Shown: positions 38,101 to 47,204, numbered from the stretch's first letter. The stretch is 64,000 bases of DNA from Vicinamibacteria bacterium (GCA_963422395.1 OY729431.1:1312001-1376000), one strand, 5' to 3'. Numbers and translations: made by a program. The notes: generated by a model not told the origin, from the sequence alone.

Positions 38101-38444
38101 AATACGCGCCGACCCTTGTTGCGGAATCCATAGTGGATATCGAAATTCGGGTCGTGGATCGCGCCGCTTGCGACGATCTCGAGTGCGTAGGGAACGGCGT
38201 CGGGAAGCTCGATGCGGCGCAGCTCGTCCTGCGTCAAACCGGCAACGCTCGGCCATGGGATCGACAGCGTGCGTCCCTCTTCGTGTTCGACGGCACTCCC
38301 GTCGTCACGGAGTCGAATCAGCGTGCCGGCACCCGAAGAATCGCTGGCGTGCGCAGTCCACTCGCTCACCGGTAGCGGCGGGTCGCTGCCCATTCGGACG
38401 GTCAAACCGCCCGGGGTCGGCTCGAACGCGAAGGATTTGGCCAT
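35124..38444 (-). CDS. zorD: ZorD: SNF2-family helicase with C-terminal Mrr-like nuclease (as sequenced, the 3' part of the single ORF 35124-40040)
   Basis: LADDMGLGKT, DEAQ, TGTPVEN, GVGLTL..ANHVIH..RWWNPAVEDQCTDR..RIGQ; Mrr-type FE..DRGADG..ILQCKH. Internal ATG at 38444 (MAKSFAFEP). Confidence 0.88.
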   Translation of the reverse strand: MAKSFAFEPTPGGLTVRMGSDPPLPVSEWTAHASDSSGAGTLIRLRDDGSAVEHEEGRTLSIPWPSVAGLTQDELRRIELPDAVPYALEIVASGAIHDPNFDIHYGFRNKGRRVLGTRRQGAWLRVGDDDFLLLDPLYTITDAIDRFQRAENADLETRMLQWGRIAEILPEDAVVDGKLRALHIVVASSFELAPFLDDDGEPNFDPIVGRRETRITDAEDEEQVFTRSLPSARQQEFARRFRGLSQVKHRYAAGGGAYVVLTPEVERLLGSVRRAQTGTAGERRDFLRDVPGYLRGALDGAGDEQIDVDSIFSDLGLSERVRGIGIWIEKPLPWIQQAAEPWLPPEKLGLRIGSQIVHLESDDLPDLLERVRTAVERCDPTVRVGDDSEIPADPAAIEAIEELVRRRAPVARPKPDRERPRPGKGAGPDGSDRVLLVADNLEALQFHRERRKRTPGITAAAPNLRTTLFPHQQDCLAWLRSHWDAGSWGVLLADDMGLGKTLEALAFLSCLKSYALTVGLAPRPLLVVAPTGLLRNWRDEHDQHLSEAGLGRAVEAHGAGLRQLRTGANEAGNELRADPPLPKLKVEALSEADWVLTTYETLRDYQHSFGRVHWRAAVFDEAQKIKNPSARITDAALAMNVDFALLMTGTPVENRPADIWSMLDRIEPGKFATLKDFSRRYEADDEDGQSALAELHRELTVESPPVLMLRRLKEDHLSGLPDKHIHRHVVEMPPLQAERYEQIVLQSRQGGRMLQSLQDLRSISLHPAAPADSDPDRYIQESARLSETFSILDKIANLHEKVLLFVELREMQDFLIVALRQRFRLPNDVLVVNGAVSGRTRKARVDAFQNRQGFDVMVLSPRAGGVGLTLTAANHVIHLTRWWNPAVEDQCTDRVFRIGQRRLVHVYLPLARHPRFGDYSFDLKLDSLMERKRERNRRVLAPTTATEGDMNDLYHSTMTMALGGEDSETREARADIDLQEPEAFEIWALQQLAEAGYDTRRTPRSRDRGADGIAISRIGDDQHTIILQCKHTQPDASCGRAAVEEVLRAIPHYEIRGEPIPMVVTNAAGFTASARRLARRRDVLLVDRHELPRLRAWKKNRNRHIR

Positions 38445-38449
38445 CGGAT

Positions 38450-40040
38450 CTACCAGTTGTGCGAGGGTTTTCGCCCGATCGGCCTGCGGCTTCTTGCCGA
38501 GGCTTTTCTCCGTCTCCGCCGCCTGAATTCGGGATATATGGTCAGATCGGGGTTTCCGTTGACTTCTCTCAGCTGGTCGGGGAAATACTCGGCACGATCG
38601 ACCTCGATGTCCATCTCGATTGTCCCGTAACCAATCCATGATCTGGTCCTGCCACCGGCCGGTGAGATTGCCGTCATGCCGTTGCGAAAAATCCTCGCCG
38701 GAGACCAGATCGAATCGAGAATACTCCTGTTCGTACAACTTGGGCGCAGCAGAATTTCCGTCGAGCCAGAATCGGCAGGTACCGTTGTGGCTCCATTCCG
38801 CGACGGTCATCACTCCGGGAAGCTGCAGCAAGAGCACCGATTGATTCCCCTGAGCACCCTTTAGCATGGCGGTCGTTTCGAACTCGTCGGAGACCGCATT
38901 CTTCCGCTGTAGGATGGATTTAGCGTGCCGGCCGAGCGCGAAGCAGATGTCCGGGTCCAAGGGCAGGAATGCCCGCCAGAAGGCTTCCCGATAGCGCCAA
39001 TGTCGGTCGAGCGCGGTCTCCTGGACGAGCAGGAAGAACTGTTCGAGCGCGCGTTCGTTGAGCCACCGGATCACCACCCGCCGAACTGGATCCGGAACCC
39101 TTGGCCACCTGCTCTTCCCGGATGGCAGGCGCGGGTCACCGAAGTGCCGCAGGAAGAAGGGTTGCAGTCGTTCCCTGATCTCAGGGTTCGGAGCCCTTTC
39201 GACGAAAGGACCGAGGAGCGCTTGCGCGATCTCCGATCGCACGGTCCGGTCGTCGAAACGCAACTGGCCGTCGCAGGTGAGGAGGATGAGCAGCCGATCG
39301 AGTGGACCGGACCCGAGGCAGTTGCCGCGGAGGAGCGACTCGGCGTCCGGAAGGTAGGCGCAGATGCCCGATTCCAGGAATCCGCAACGCGCGAATTCGG
39401 CGTCGAGTCCGGTCTGGCGAAGGGCTTTCTCCGGAGAGTCTGCCGCCGACACCAACTTCCGCACGAACTTCCGGGACCCGTCGGTATCCAGAATGCCCAA
39501 CTCCTGGAAGCGTTTGCGCCAGCGCTGCAGAGAGGGGGGAGGAGGCGATGAGCCGCCTTTCACGGCTTTTCGCAGCAGGCGGCACAGCCCGTCGAAGGTC
39601 GGCAGACCGACGGGATAGACGCGGAGGAATTCGTGGAACAGGGGCAACACCGATCGAGTGCGGCGACCGGCAGCCAGCCAGCGGCGGCGGTATTCCGTCA
39701 CGACGGCGGGCTCCGCACCCAGCCAGCCTGCGGCTCCTGCCGCGGTGTTGCTGCCGCCGATGCGGTTTCCTTCTCGCTCCGGGTAGAACAGGACCCACGG
39801 CAATCGCCGCAAGTCGCGGGGCGCGAGCTGGGAGAGCGAGCGGTCGCGATGCCAGGACTCCGCCACTCGGCGATGCAACGCTTGCAGGTCGTAGGCCGCG
39901 GGGGTTTTCGGCTGGACGGCCTCCAACAGCTTTTCGATCCTGGCAGCCGCTTTCTTCGTCTTTCGCGGCTCGTAATCGCGCTCGATCTTCTGGAAGCCGA
40001 TCCAGCGTGCCAGGGATTGCTTCAGGGACGGCACATTCAT
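38450..40040 (-). CDS. zorC: ZorC: EH-signature domain protein (frameshift near 38618 joins it in frame to zorD)
   Basis: FGDPRL....W, LEQFF, HWRYREAFW, QSVLLL, VAEWSHNG.C.FW, H....WQ motifs. A plausible native C-terminus (EMDIEVDRAEYF...HNW*) lies in the +1 frame and stops at 38450. Confidence 0.82.
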
Positions 40041-40891
40041 GGCGACCCTTCACCGACTCGTTCGCGAATCTCGATTTGGACTTCGGAGTCCTGCTGCAGT
40101 AACCCCTTCGGGGGTTCGAGGAGGAATCGGAGATCGATACGCCGATTGTCGTCGGCTCGTTCGGAATAGCGAGTCGCCGGCCGGGTATAGCCGTGGCCGC
40201 TGGTGCTCAAAATGGGATAGCCGTGCGTGTTCCGCAGCTGTTCGACCCCGGGCTCGCACGCGACGATCATCCGATGTACGGTAGCGGCCCGCATCGACGA
40301 CAATTCGAGATTGTCCAGGAAACGGTTTCCCGCGGCGACCGGTACCTCGTCGGTGTGCCCTTCGATCAGCAAGGTCTCGAGGAGCCAGGGGAACCGTCGT
40401 TCCCTGCAGGAGTACGCGGTCGGATCGGCGGGCGGCTGGCAGTACGGCAGCGCCCCATCAGCTGCTTCCACCGGAGGCTCCCCAGCGCCGCTCGGGCGCG
40501 AGGAGACATAGCAGGGCAAGACCTCGGCGATGGCGTTCGCCAGCCGCCCCACATGGACCAGGTGGCCGGCCACCGGCAGTTCGCTGCCGGAAGGGAAATT
40601 GATGGAGTTCTCCGACAGCCGCAACACGCCCTGCTCGGGAAAGACCTCGACGCGGATGCCGGCGTCTTCGAGCCGGCTGGCGATCGCCGCCAGGATATGG
40701 CCGCGCGTTTCGTCGGCAGCGGTCAGTTCTTCGGTGACGGTGTCCTGTTCCTCGGTGACTTTGGCGAGCTGATACGCGAAGACGGCCAGCATGATGATGA
40801 AAACGAAGATCAGTGCCGAGACGAGATCGCTGACGCTGGCGAGGTAGCTCTGGCCGGTGTCCGGCGCGGGTCTCGTATTGCCGGTCGTCAC
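40037..40891 (-). CDS. zorB: ZorB: MotB/OmpA-family stator-like protein
   Basis: SVSDLVSALIFVFII TM with conserved Asp; F.SGS, IEGHTD, NLELSSMRA, NRRIDLRF; GTG start overlaps the zorA stop. Confidence 0.9.
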   Translation of the reverse strand: MTTGNTRPAPDTGQSYLASVSDLVSALIFVFIIMLAVFAYQLAKVTEEQDTVTEELTAADETRGHILAAIASRLEDAGIRVEVFPEQGVLRLSENSINFPSGSELPVAGHLVHVGRLANAIAEVLPCYVSSRPSGAGEPPVEAADGALPYCQPPADPTAYSCRERRFPWLLETLLIEGHTDEVPVAAGNRFLDNLELSSMRAATVHRMIVACEPGVEQLRNTHGYPILSTSGHGYTRPATRYSERADDNRRIDLRFLLEPPKGLLQQDSEVQIEIRERVGEGSP

Positions 40892-42645
40892 CTCGATCTC
40901 CCGAGATGCTCGGTCAGGTCCTCGATCGACTGGTTGAGTTCTCCGGTGGCTCCGGCCAGAGACTGGATGGTCTTCGAGGTCGTATGGTCCAGCTCGTTGG
41001 CGAACCGTTTCACCTGTTCGCAATACCTCGCCAAGCCTTCATCGAATTGCCGAAAGACCTCGGCGAGCGAGGCATCCATGTTCTCGAACCGTTCCTGGTA
41101 GCGACCCCAGGTTTCGGCGACCGACTGCTGATGCTTTTCGAGCCTATCGACCAAGGTACCGACCTGGCCGGCGAGATCGCTCGTCCGTTCGAGCGTGCCG
41201 GCGGTCCGGTTGCTCGCGGTGCGGATGTCGTTCGCGGCCCGCCCGATGGGTTCCGCGGCTGCTGCGATCTGCCGGTGGGCCGATTCCATGGCGTCGCGCA
41301 ATCCGTCGAGCCTATCCACGAACTTCGTCATTCCGCCCAGCACCTGTTCGCTCTGCCGGGTGGACCGATCGAGGCTCTCAGCGGAAGCCTTCAGACCTTG
41401 CATCGATCCCGAGATCTGCTTGGCAGCCTCGACGCCGGTTCGGGCCAGATCCTGCGCCGCCGCCCCGACGGCTTCGCGCAACTCGACTGAAGCGGCCGTG
41501 CTGGAGGCGGCCATCTGTTCCGCCAGCTGTTCGGAAGCTCCCGTGATCTTGCGGGTGACTTCCCCGAGCGCCTGTTGGAGCGTCTCGGTCACGGTGTTCG
41601 CACCAGCATCCATCGATGTTCTGACCGCCGTGAGAACCGAATCGAGCGTCGTGCGAATGTCCTGCTGCGCCTGTGTCAGTCCGGCGGCGGAGTCCTTCAG
41701 CGTTCGGTTCAGGTCGGTGACGATCGCAGCCATCTCCTCGAACTGCGATCCGGTCCGCTCCTGCATGGTTTCGGTGAGCCGGCCGAGTGCCTGTTCGATC
41801 ATATGGCTGGTTTCGTTCGACCGGTCCGCGCGGAGTCCTTCGACCGCTTCCACCAGGCGCTCCAATTGGGGTGACAGGCGGCCGGCGATCTTCTCGTCGA
41901 GCGCCTTTTCCAGGGAGAAGATCAACTCGGTGTTGAAGCGTTCGAGTTGCGTTACCGCGCGCTTCGCCTGTTCGAGCTGGTCTAGCGCGACTCCCTCCGA
42001 AGTGACCCGTACCAGCCGGGATTCGATGGCGCTGACCCAATCGTCCAAGCTGCGATGGAGCTTTCGCGAGAAGCGGCGAAGGATCAACACGAAGACGATC
42101 GAGCAGCCGATTCCGACGATGGATGTCACAAATGCCAGGGAGGCACCGTCGAGGAGCTGCTGCAGGGAGGAGATCATCTCCTCCGGATCGTCGGACGACA
42201 GACCGGAACTCGCCGCGCCGACCCCGAAGGCGAGCCCGAGGAAGGTGCCGAGGATGCCGCCACCGGTCAGCAGGTTCGGCATCGATTCGTACCAACGAAA
42301 GTCGATTTTGGGAACGATGATCGTGGCGTCGTTCAGATACCACGACACCTCGCCGGTATTGCGGATCGGGTCGTTGGATCCGGGCGCCGGACGCACCAGG
42401 GTCTCCACGAATGCCTTCCACGGCAGACCGAAAACCTCCTCGGTGTGATCGCTGTACCGTTCGAACTCGCTGACGAATTGTTTTTCCCCATGGATGTCGA
42501 CTAATACGGCTTTCAGCCCCTGGAGTGATTTGAGCAACCTATGAGATTTGTGGATTAGCGTCCAAGCGGACCAGAAAGTGAATACGACGATGCCTCCGCA
42601 CCACCAGTAGACGAAAGAATCGCCGAGGACGAAGTCGGAGATCAT
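40888..42645 (-). CDS. zorA: ZorA: MotA/ExbB-like membrane domain with long helical tail
   Basis: TM1, then PNLLTGGGILGTFLGL and AFVTSIVGI (MotA/ExbB Thr motifs), followed by about 390 aa of helical tail. Confidence 0.9.
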   Translation of the reverse strand: MISDFVLGDSFVYWWCGGIVVFTFWSAWTLIHKSHRLLKSLQGLKAVLVDIHGEKQFVSEFERYSDHTEEVFGLPWKAFVETLVRPAPGSNDPIRNTGEVSWYLNDATIIVPKIDFRWYESMPNLLTGGGILGTFLGLAFGVGAASSGLSSDDPEEMISSLQQLLDGASLAFVTSIVGIGCSIVFVLILRRFSRKLHRSLDDWVSAIESRLVRVTSEGVALDQLEQAKRAVTQLERFNTELIFSLEKALDEKIAGRLSPQLERLVEAVEGLRADRSNETSHMIEQALGRLTETMQERTGSQFEEMAAIVTDLNRTLKDSAAGLTQAQQDIRTTLDSVLTAVRTSMDAGANTVTETLQQALGEVTRKITGASEQLAEQMAASSTAASVELREAVGAAAQDLARTGVEAAKQISGSMQGLKASAESLDRSTRQSEQVLGGMTKFVDRLDGLRDAMESAHRQIAAAAEPIGRAANDIRTASNRTAGTLERTSDLAGQVGTLVDRLEKHQQSVAETWGRYQERFENMDASLAEVFRQFDEGLARYCEQVKRFANELDHTTSKTIQSLAGATGELNQSIEDLTEHLGRSR

Positions 42646-42970
42646 CGCCGCACCCGGGGAATTCGACCGGAACTCGGGCCCGTGATGGCCGCCGAAATGC
42701 GAGGGTGCCGCCTGCCGCCGGTAAGAGAGGACCTCGGCCGGTCGGTCGAGAGCGGGAAGTGGTGAACCGCCGTCATCGTGATCGATGGTACCGGTATCCC
42801 TCGAAAACAGGATCCCCTGGAACCCTGCGGACCCGCCCCGAGTTCGGCCTGGGGCAGCGGCTTGGGAAGCGGCCTCCCGCAGCGGTCATCGAGACAGCAG
42901 GAGAGCACTTCGACGAAGTGCGGCCGACGACTCGAATCCCGCCACGAGTTCTACCTTTCGCAAGTGGCCG

Positions 42971-42999
42971 TTGCCACGGGAAAGCGCGGGCCGCACAAT
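42971..42999 (+). promoter_or_regulatory. sigma-70-type promoter of the GGT gene, probably leaderless
   Basis: TTGCCA-N17-CACAAT with ATG 7 nt downstream at 43007; no RBS. Confidence 0.6.
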
Positions 43000-43006
43000 G
43001 CGCACC

Positions 43007-44968
43007 ATGAAACGCCTGCCTTTTCCGCCCTTCCGGGTTCTGCCTGGCTTCCTGCCGGTCTTTCTGGTTCTGCTCGCCGCCTTCGCGGTCGCCGCCTCCG
43101 CCTTCGCCCGGCCCCAGAAACCGGTGCTCCACGGGAAGCACTGGATGGCGATCACCGGCAAGCCCCTCGGGGCCACCGCCGGGGCGATGATCTTCGGCCA
43201 GGGAGGGAACGCGGTGGACGCCGCCTGCGCCATGCTGGGCGCGACGGCGACGATGTTCGACGCCCTGAGCTGGGGTGGAGAGACCCAGGCGCTGCTCTGG
43301 CACCCCGAAGAGAAGAGAGTGATCGGGATCAACGCCCTCGGAGCGGCGCCCAGCGGGGCCACCCCGGAGTTCTTCCGAGGGCAGGGGATGGACTACCCGC
43401 CCGCCCTCGGCCCGCTGGCGGCGGTGACCCCGGGGACGCCCGGCGGGCTCATGACGATGCTCGCCGAATACGGCACGATGTCGCTCGCCCAGGTGCTCGC
43501 TCCGGCGATCCAGATGGCCGACGGCTACCCCATCGAAGCCTCCGCCGCCCGGGCCATCCAGCGGGGAGCGGAGCGGATCGCCGAATGGCCCTACTCGCGC
43601 CGCACCCTGCTCCCGCACCGGGAGGACGGCGAAGACCGCGGCAGGACGGGGGACCTCGCCTCCGAGCGCGGGAACTACTGGGACCGCGACGATCCTGCCT
43701 ACCGGGATTTCTCGGCGGGCGGGCCTGCTCCCGGCGAGATCTTCCGCCAGCCCGAACTCGCCGAGACGCTTCGCAAGCTGGTGGATGCCGAAGCCGAAGC
43801 GCTCGCCGCGGGCAAGGACCGCAAGCAGGCGATCCAGGCCGCCTACGACCGCTTCTACGAGGGAGACATCGCCGAGGAGTTCGTCCGCGGCGTTCAGGAA
43901 CAGGGCGGCCTCATCACCACCGAGGACCTCGCCAACTGGGAGGTTCACATCGAGGAGCCGGTTTCCACGGCCTACAAGGGGATCGAGGTGTACAAGCTCA
44001 CCCACTGGGTGCAGGGGCCGGTGCTGCTCCAGGCCCTGAACATCCTCGAGCCCTTCGATCTGAAGGGAATGGGCTACAACAGCTCCCGCTATATCCACAC
44101 CCTGTATCAGGCGATCAGTCTCGCCTTCGCCGACCGTGACTTCTACTACGGTGATCCTTACTTCCCTCCCGAGGAACCGATCGTCGGGCTGCTGTCGAAG
44201 GACTACGCGAGAAAGCGCGCCGAAAGCATCCTCTCGGACCGTAACGACCCGGCCATCGGCCCGGGGGATCCCTACCCGTTCCAGGGCGGGGAAAACCCCT
44301 TTTCCGATTATCTCGACCGCTTCTCCGGCACCGCCGGGCGGCCCACGACCGAGGAAGAGCGGCAGGAGTTCCTCGATGGATTCCTCGCCGGCACCACCTC
44401 GATCCAGGCTGCCGATGCCGAGGGCTGGGTGGTTTCGATCACGCCGAGCGGCGGTTGGCTGCCGGCGGTGCTCGCCGGGGAGACGGGGATCGGCCTCAGC
44501 CAGCGGATGCAGAGTTTCGTGCTCGATCCGGCGATGAATCCCTTCAATGTGCTGGAACCGGGGAAGCGTCCCCGCGCCACCCTCACTCCGAGCCTGGCGG
44601 TCAAGGACGGTGAGCCGTTCCTGTCCTTCGCGGTCCAGGGGGGAGACAGCCAGGATCAGAATCTCCTGCAGTTCTTCCTGAATGTGGTGGAGTTCGGCAT
44701 GGATGTGCAAGAAGCCGCCGAGGCCGCCAACTTCAACAGCTATCAGCTGCGCAGCTCCTTCGGCGCCCACGAATCGGAGCCCGGCTCCCTGCTGCTGAAC
44801 GCCGAGGTTCCCGCGTGGGTCCGCGACGAGCTGATCGGGATGGGTTATTCCCTGCGCTTCGCGCCGCGGACCTCCGGACCGATCAACGCCATCTGGTTCG
44901 ACCGCGAGCACGGAACCTTCTGGGGTGGTTCGAGCCACCACGGCGACGACTACGGAGTGGCCTGGTGA
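43007..44968 (+). CDS. gamma-glutamyltransferase family protein
   Basis: GGNAVDAA, TPG...G, AFADRD.YYGDP, autoprocessing GTT, PGKRPRATLTP, GGD.Q.Q; signal peptide. Confidence 0.92.
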   Translation: MKRLPFPPFRVLPGFLPVFLVLLAAFAVAASAFARPQKPVLHGKHWMAITGKPLGATAGAMIFGQGGNAVDAACAMLGATATMFDALSWGGETQALLWHPEEKRVIGINALGAAPSGATPEFFRGQGMDYPPALGPLAAVTPGTPGGLMTMLAEYGTMSLAQVLAPAIQMADGYPIEASAARAIQRGAERIAEWPYSRRTLLPHREDGEDRGRTGDLASERGNYWDRDDPAYRDFSAGGPAPGEIFRQPELAETLRKLVDAEAEALAAGKDRKQAIQAAYDRFYEGDIAEEFVRGVQEQGGLITTEDLANWEVHIEEPVSTAYKGIEVYKLTHWVQGPVLLQALNILEPFDLKGMGYNSSRYIHTLYQAISLAFADRDFYYGDPYFPPEEPIVGLLSKDYARKRAESILSDRNDPAIGPGDPYPFQGGENPFSDYLDRFSGTAGRPTTEEERQEFLDGFLAGTTSIQAADAEGWVVSITPSGGWLPAVLAGETGIGLSQRMQSFVLDPAMNPFNVLEPGKRPRATLTPSLAVKDGEPFLSFAVQGGDSQDQNLLQFFLNVVEFGMDVQEAAEAANFNSYQLRSSFGAHESEPGSLLLNAEVPAWVRDELIGMGYSLRFAPRTSGPINAIWFDREHGTFWGGSSHHGDDYGVAW

Positions 44969-47172
44969 TGCGCTCGTTCCACTCGCTCCGCCGCGGCGCG
45001 CTTCCGGCGAGAGCGTCTGTCCCGTTTCTTCGGGGCCGTTTCTTCTTGGGTATCTCGCTTGCCGGTGTACTCCTGTCGGGTCCACTCTTCGCGCAGGAGG
45101 AAGAGAGGAGTCCCGCGTCGCTGCGCGTGACTCCCGAGGAGATCACCCTCGCTGCCGGGGAGACCGCCCAGATCGTTGCGACGGTGTTCGACGAGGCCGG
45201 AGTGGAGATCGAGGACGCCGAGGTGCTCTATCTGCCGCTCTACGGCCCGTTCTGGAACCCCGAGAAGCGCACCTGGGGCTTCAACATCTTCAAGGTCTCG
45301 CGCGAAGGGGAAGTCTCGACCCGGCGCCCGGGGGATTTCGCCGTCATGGTCCGGGTCGTCGGCTCGGGTATCGACCCCTCGGCGCGTGATGCCGAGTCCG
45401 AGGGGTATCTGGAGCAGCGCATCCCGCTCACGATCCAGCCGCGTCCGGTGGCCGCTCTCGACCTCAGCGTCGAGGGCCCGCTCTACGCCGGATCCGAAGT
45501 GACCGTCCACGCCGATGCGCGTGATGCCGCCGGTGCGCCCGTGGAAGGGATCGAGGTCCGCTGGAGTTCGTCCGACGCGGCGGTGGCGCTTCCGGTGGGG
45601 CGGCCCGTGACCATCGAGCGCGCCGCGGCTCGGGGGCTCGTCGCGCTGCTGCGGCCGGGGCGCGCCGCACTCACTGCGGCGGCAGGCACGCAGACCGCCG
45701 AGCTGGAGCTCGAAGTGATGCCGAATCCGGTCGTGGAAATGACGCTCACGCCGGACCGCAGCGCGGTTCGCACCGGCGAGGTGGCCCGCTTCGCGGCGGC
45801 GATGACGGATGAGGCGGGAGGCCGGGTGGACGAGGTGCCGGTCGGGTTCAGCGTCTTCTCCATCACCGACGCGATGGGGAGCGGCGGGCCCTCTTCGGGC
45901 CTGATCACCCGTGAAGGCCGATTCGTCGCCGATCTGCCGGGGATCTATACGGTCGTCGCCCGCACCGGTACGGTTTCGGCATCGGCGGTGATCCGGGTGT
46001 CCGAGCGCGGCGTCCGGCGGCCCATCGAACTCGTCGGACACGGCCGGGTGAAGGACCGGGCGACTTCGGACCTCTGGGTCTGGGAGGCGCCGAATGGGCG
46101 GGATTACGCGATCACCGGCACCCATAGCGCGGCCGGCCACGCTTATGTCTGGGATGTGACGAACCCGGAGAATCTGGAATTGGTGGATGTGGTGCGGGTG
46201 GACGCCCGCACCGTGAACGATGTGAAGATCGCCGAGGACGGCGCGGTGGCGGTGATTTCGCGGGAAGGGGCTTCCAACCGGCGGAACGGGCTCGTGATCC
46301 TCGATGTGTCCGATCCGTCCGTCGGGGTGCGAAAGCTCGCGGAGTACGACGATCAGCTCACCGGAGGAGTGCACAACACCTTCATCCATGCGGGTCATGT
46401 CTATGCGCTGTCCGGAGGCCGGCGGTTCGACATCATCGACATCGAGGACCCTTCGGTTCCACACCGCGTCGGGAGCTTCGCCCTCGAAAACCCCGCGCGC
46501 TCGATCCACGATGTCTGGGTGATGGACGGGATCGCCTACTCGGCCAACTGGAGTGACGGGGTGGCGGTCATCGATGTCGGCGGCGCGGGCAAGGGCGGCA
46601 CTCCCCAGGATCCGAAACTCGTCGGGCAGTTCCCGTTCCCCACCGGCTGGAACCACGCGGTCTATCCCTACCGGAGCGTCTCGACCGGGAAGTTCTACAT
46701 ATTCGCCGGCGATGAAGCGGCGCGAAGCGGCCGCTACAGCCCGCTCGCCGAGATCGGCACCGGAACTCCCGGCTACGACGAGGAACCCACCCGCTGGCGC
46801 GGCTGGATCCATATCCTGGAGTGGGACGAGAACTTCGAGAAACCGCCCCGGCTCGTCGGCCGCTACGAAGTGCCCGAAGCGGGCAGCCACAACATCTGGA
46901 TCGAGGACGATGTGATGTATGTGGCGTTCTACAACGGCGGTCTGCGGGTGGTGGATGTCTCCGGCGAGCTGCTCGGCAATCTCTACCGCCAGGGGCGGGA
47001 GATCGCGCGGTTCCTCCCGCTCGATCCCGAGGGCTTCCTGCCGAATGCACCCCAGGTCTGGGGCGCACAGCCGCACAAGGGCACGATCTTCTTCTCGGAC
47101 CGCAACTCCGGTCTGTGGGCGGTACGGCTCGGCGAGCGCCCGGGAGAAGAAGCGACCGACGAACAGCAGTAA
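44968..47172 (+). CDS. secreted Ig-like domain + LVIVD-repeat beta-propeller protein
   Basis: Ig-like segments (V.WSSSD..VA); LVIVD-type repeats (GLVILDVSDP, GVHNTF, IHDVWV, GSHNIW, YNGGLRVVDVS); ATG overlaps the GGT stop. Confidence 0.82.
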   Translation: MRSFHSLRRGALPARASVPFLRGRFFLGISLAGVLLSGPLFAQEEERSPASLRVTPEEITLAAGETAQIVATVFDEAGVEIEDAEVLYLPLYGPFWNPEKRTWGFNIFKVSREGEVSTRRPGDFAVMVRVVGSGIDPSARDAESEGYLEQRIPLTIQPRPVAALDLSVEGPLYAGSEVTVHADARDAAGAPVEGIEVRWSSSDAAVALPVGRPVTIERAAARGLVALLRPGRAALTAAAGTQTAELELEVMPNPVVEMTLTPDRSAVRTGEVARFAAAMTDEAGGRVDEVPVGFSVFSITDAMGSGGPSSGLITREGRFVADLPGIYTVVARTGTVSASAVIRVSERGVRRPIELVGHGRVKDRATSDLWVWEAPNGRDYAITGTHSAAGHAYVWDVTNPENLELVDVVRVDARTVNDVKIAEDGAVAVISREGASNRRNGLVILDVSDPSVGVRKLAEYDDQLTGGVHNTFIHAGHVYALSGGRRFDIIDIEDPSVPHRVGSFALENPARSIHDVWVMDGIAYSANWSDGVAVIDVGGAGKGGTPQDPKLVGQFPFPTGWNHAVYPYRSVSTGKFYIFAGDEAARSGRYSPLAEIGTGTPGYDEEPTRWRGWIHILEWDENFEKPPRLVGRYEVPEAGSHNIWIEDDVMYVAFYNGGLRVVDVSGELLGNLYRQGREIARFLPLDPEGFLPNAPQVWGAQPHKGTIFFSDRNSGLWAVRLGERPGEEATDEQQ

Positions 47173-47173
47173 A

Positions 47174-47204
47174 CCCGAAGACGGCTCGGCGGGCCGTCTT
47201 CGGG
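47174..47204. terminator. strong hairpin after the LVIVD gene
   Basis: CCCGAAGACGGC ... GCCGTCTTCGGG 12-bp stem immediately after the stop; no U-tract on the + strand. Confidence 0.6.

Larger units (their letters stand above)
35124..42645 (-). other. type I Zorya anti-phage defence locus (zorA-zorB-zorC-zorD)
   Basis: Overlapping stop/start codons. Gene order is MotA-like + long tail, MotB/OmpA-like, EH-signature protein, SNF2 helicase + Mrr nuclease. Visibly more AT-rich than the flanks, especially the zorA 5' end. Confidence 0.9.

Noticed and set aside
40037-42645. flagellar motAB or exbBD
   Set aside because: The long ZorA-type tail and coupling to EH-signature and SNF2/Mrr genes indicate Zorya; no flagellar genes nearby.
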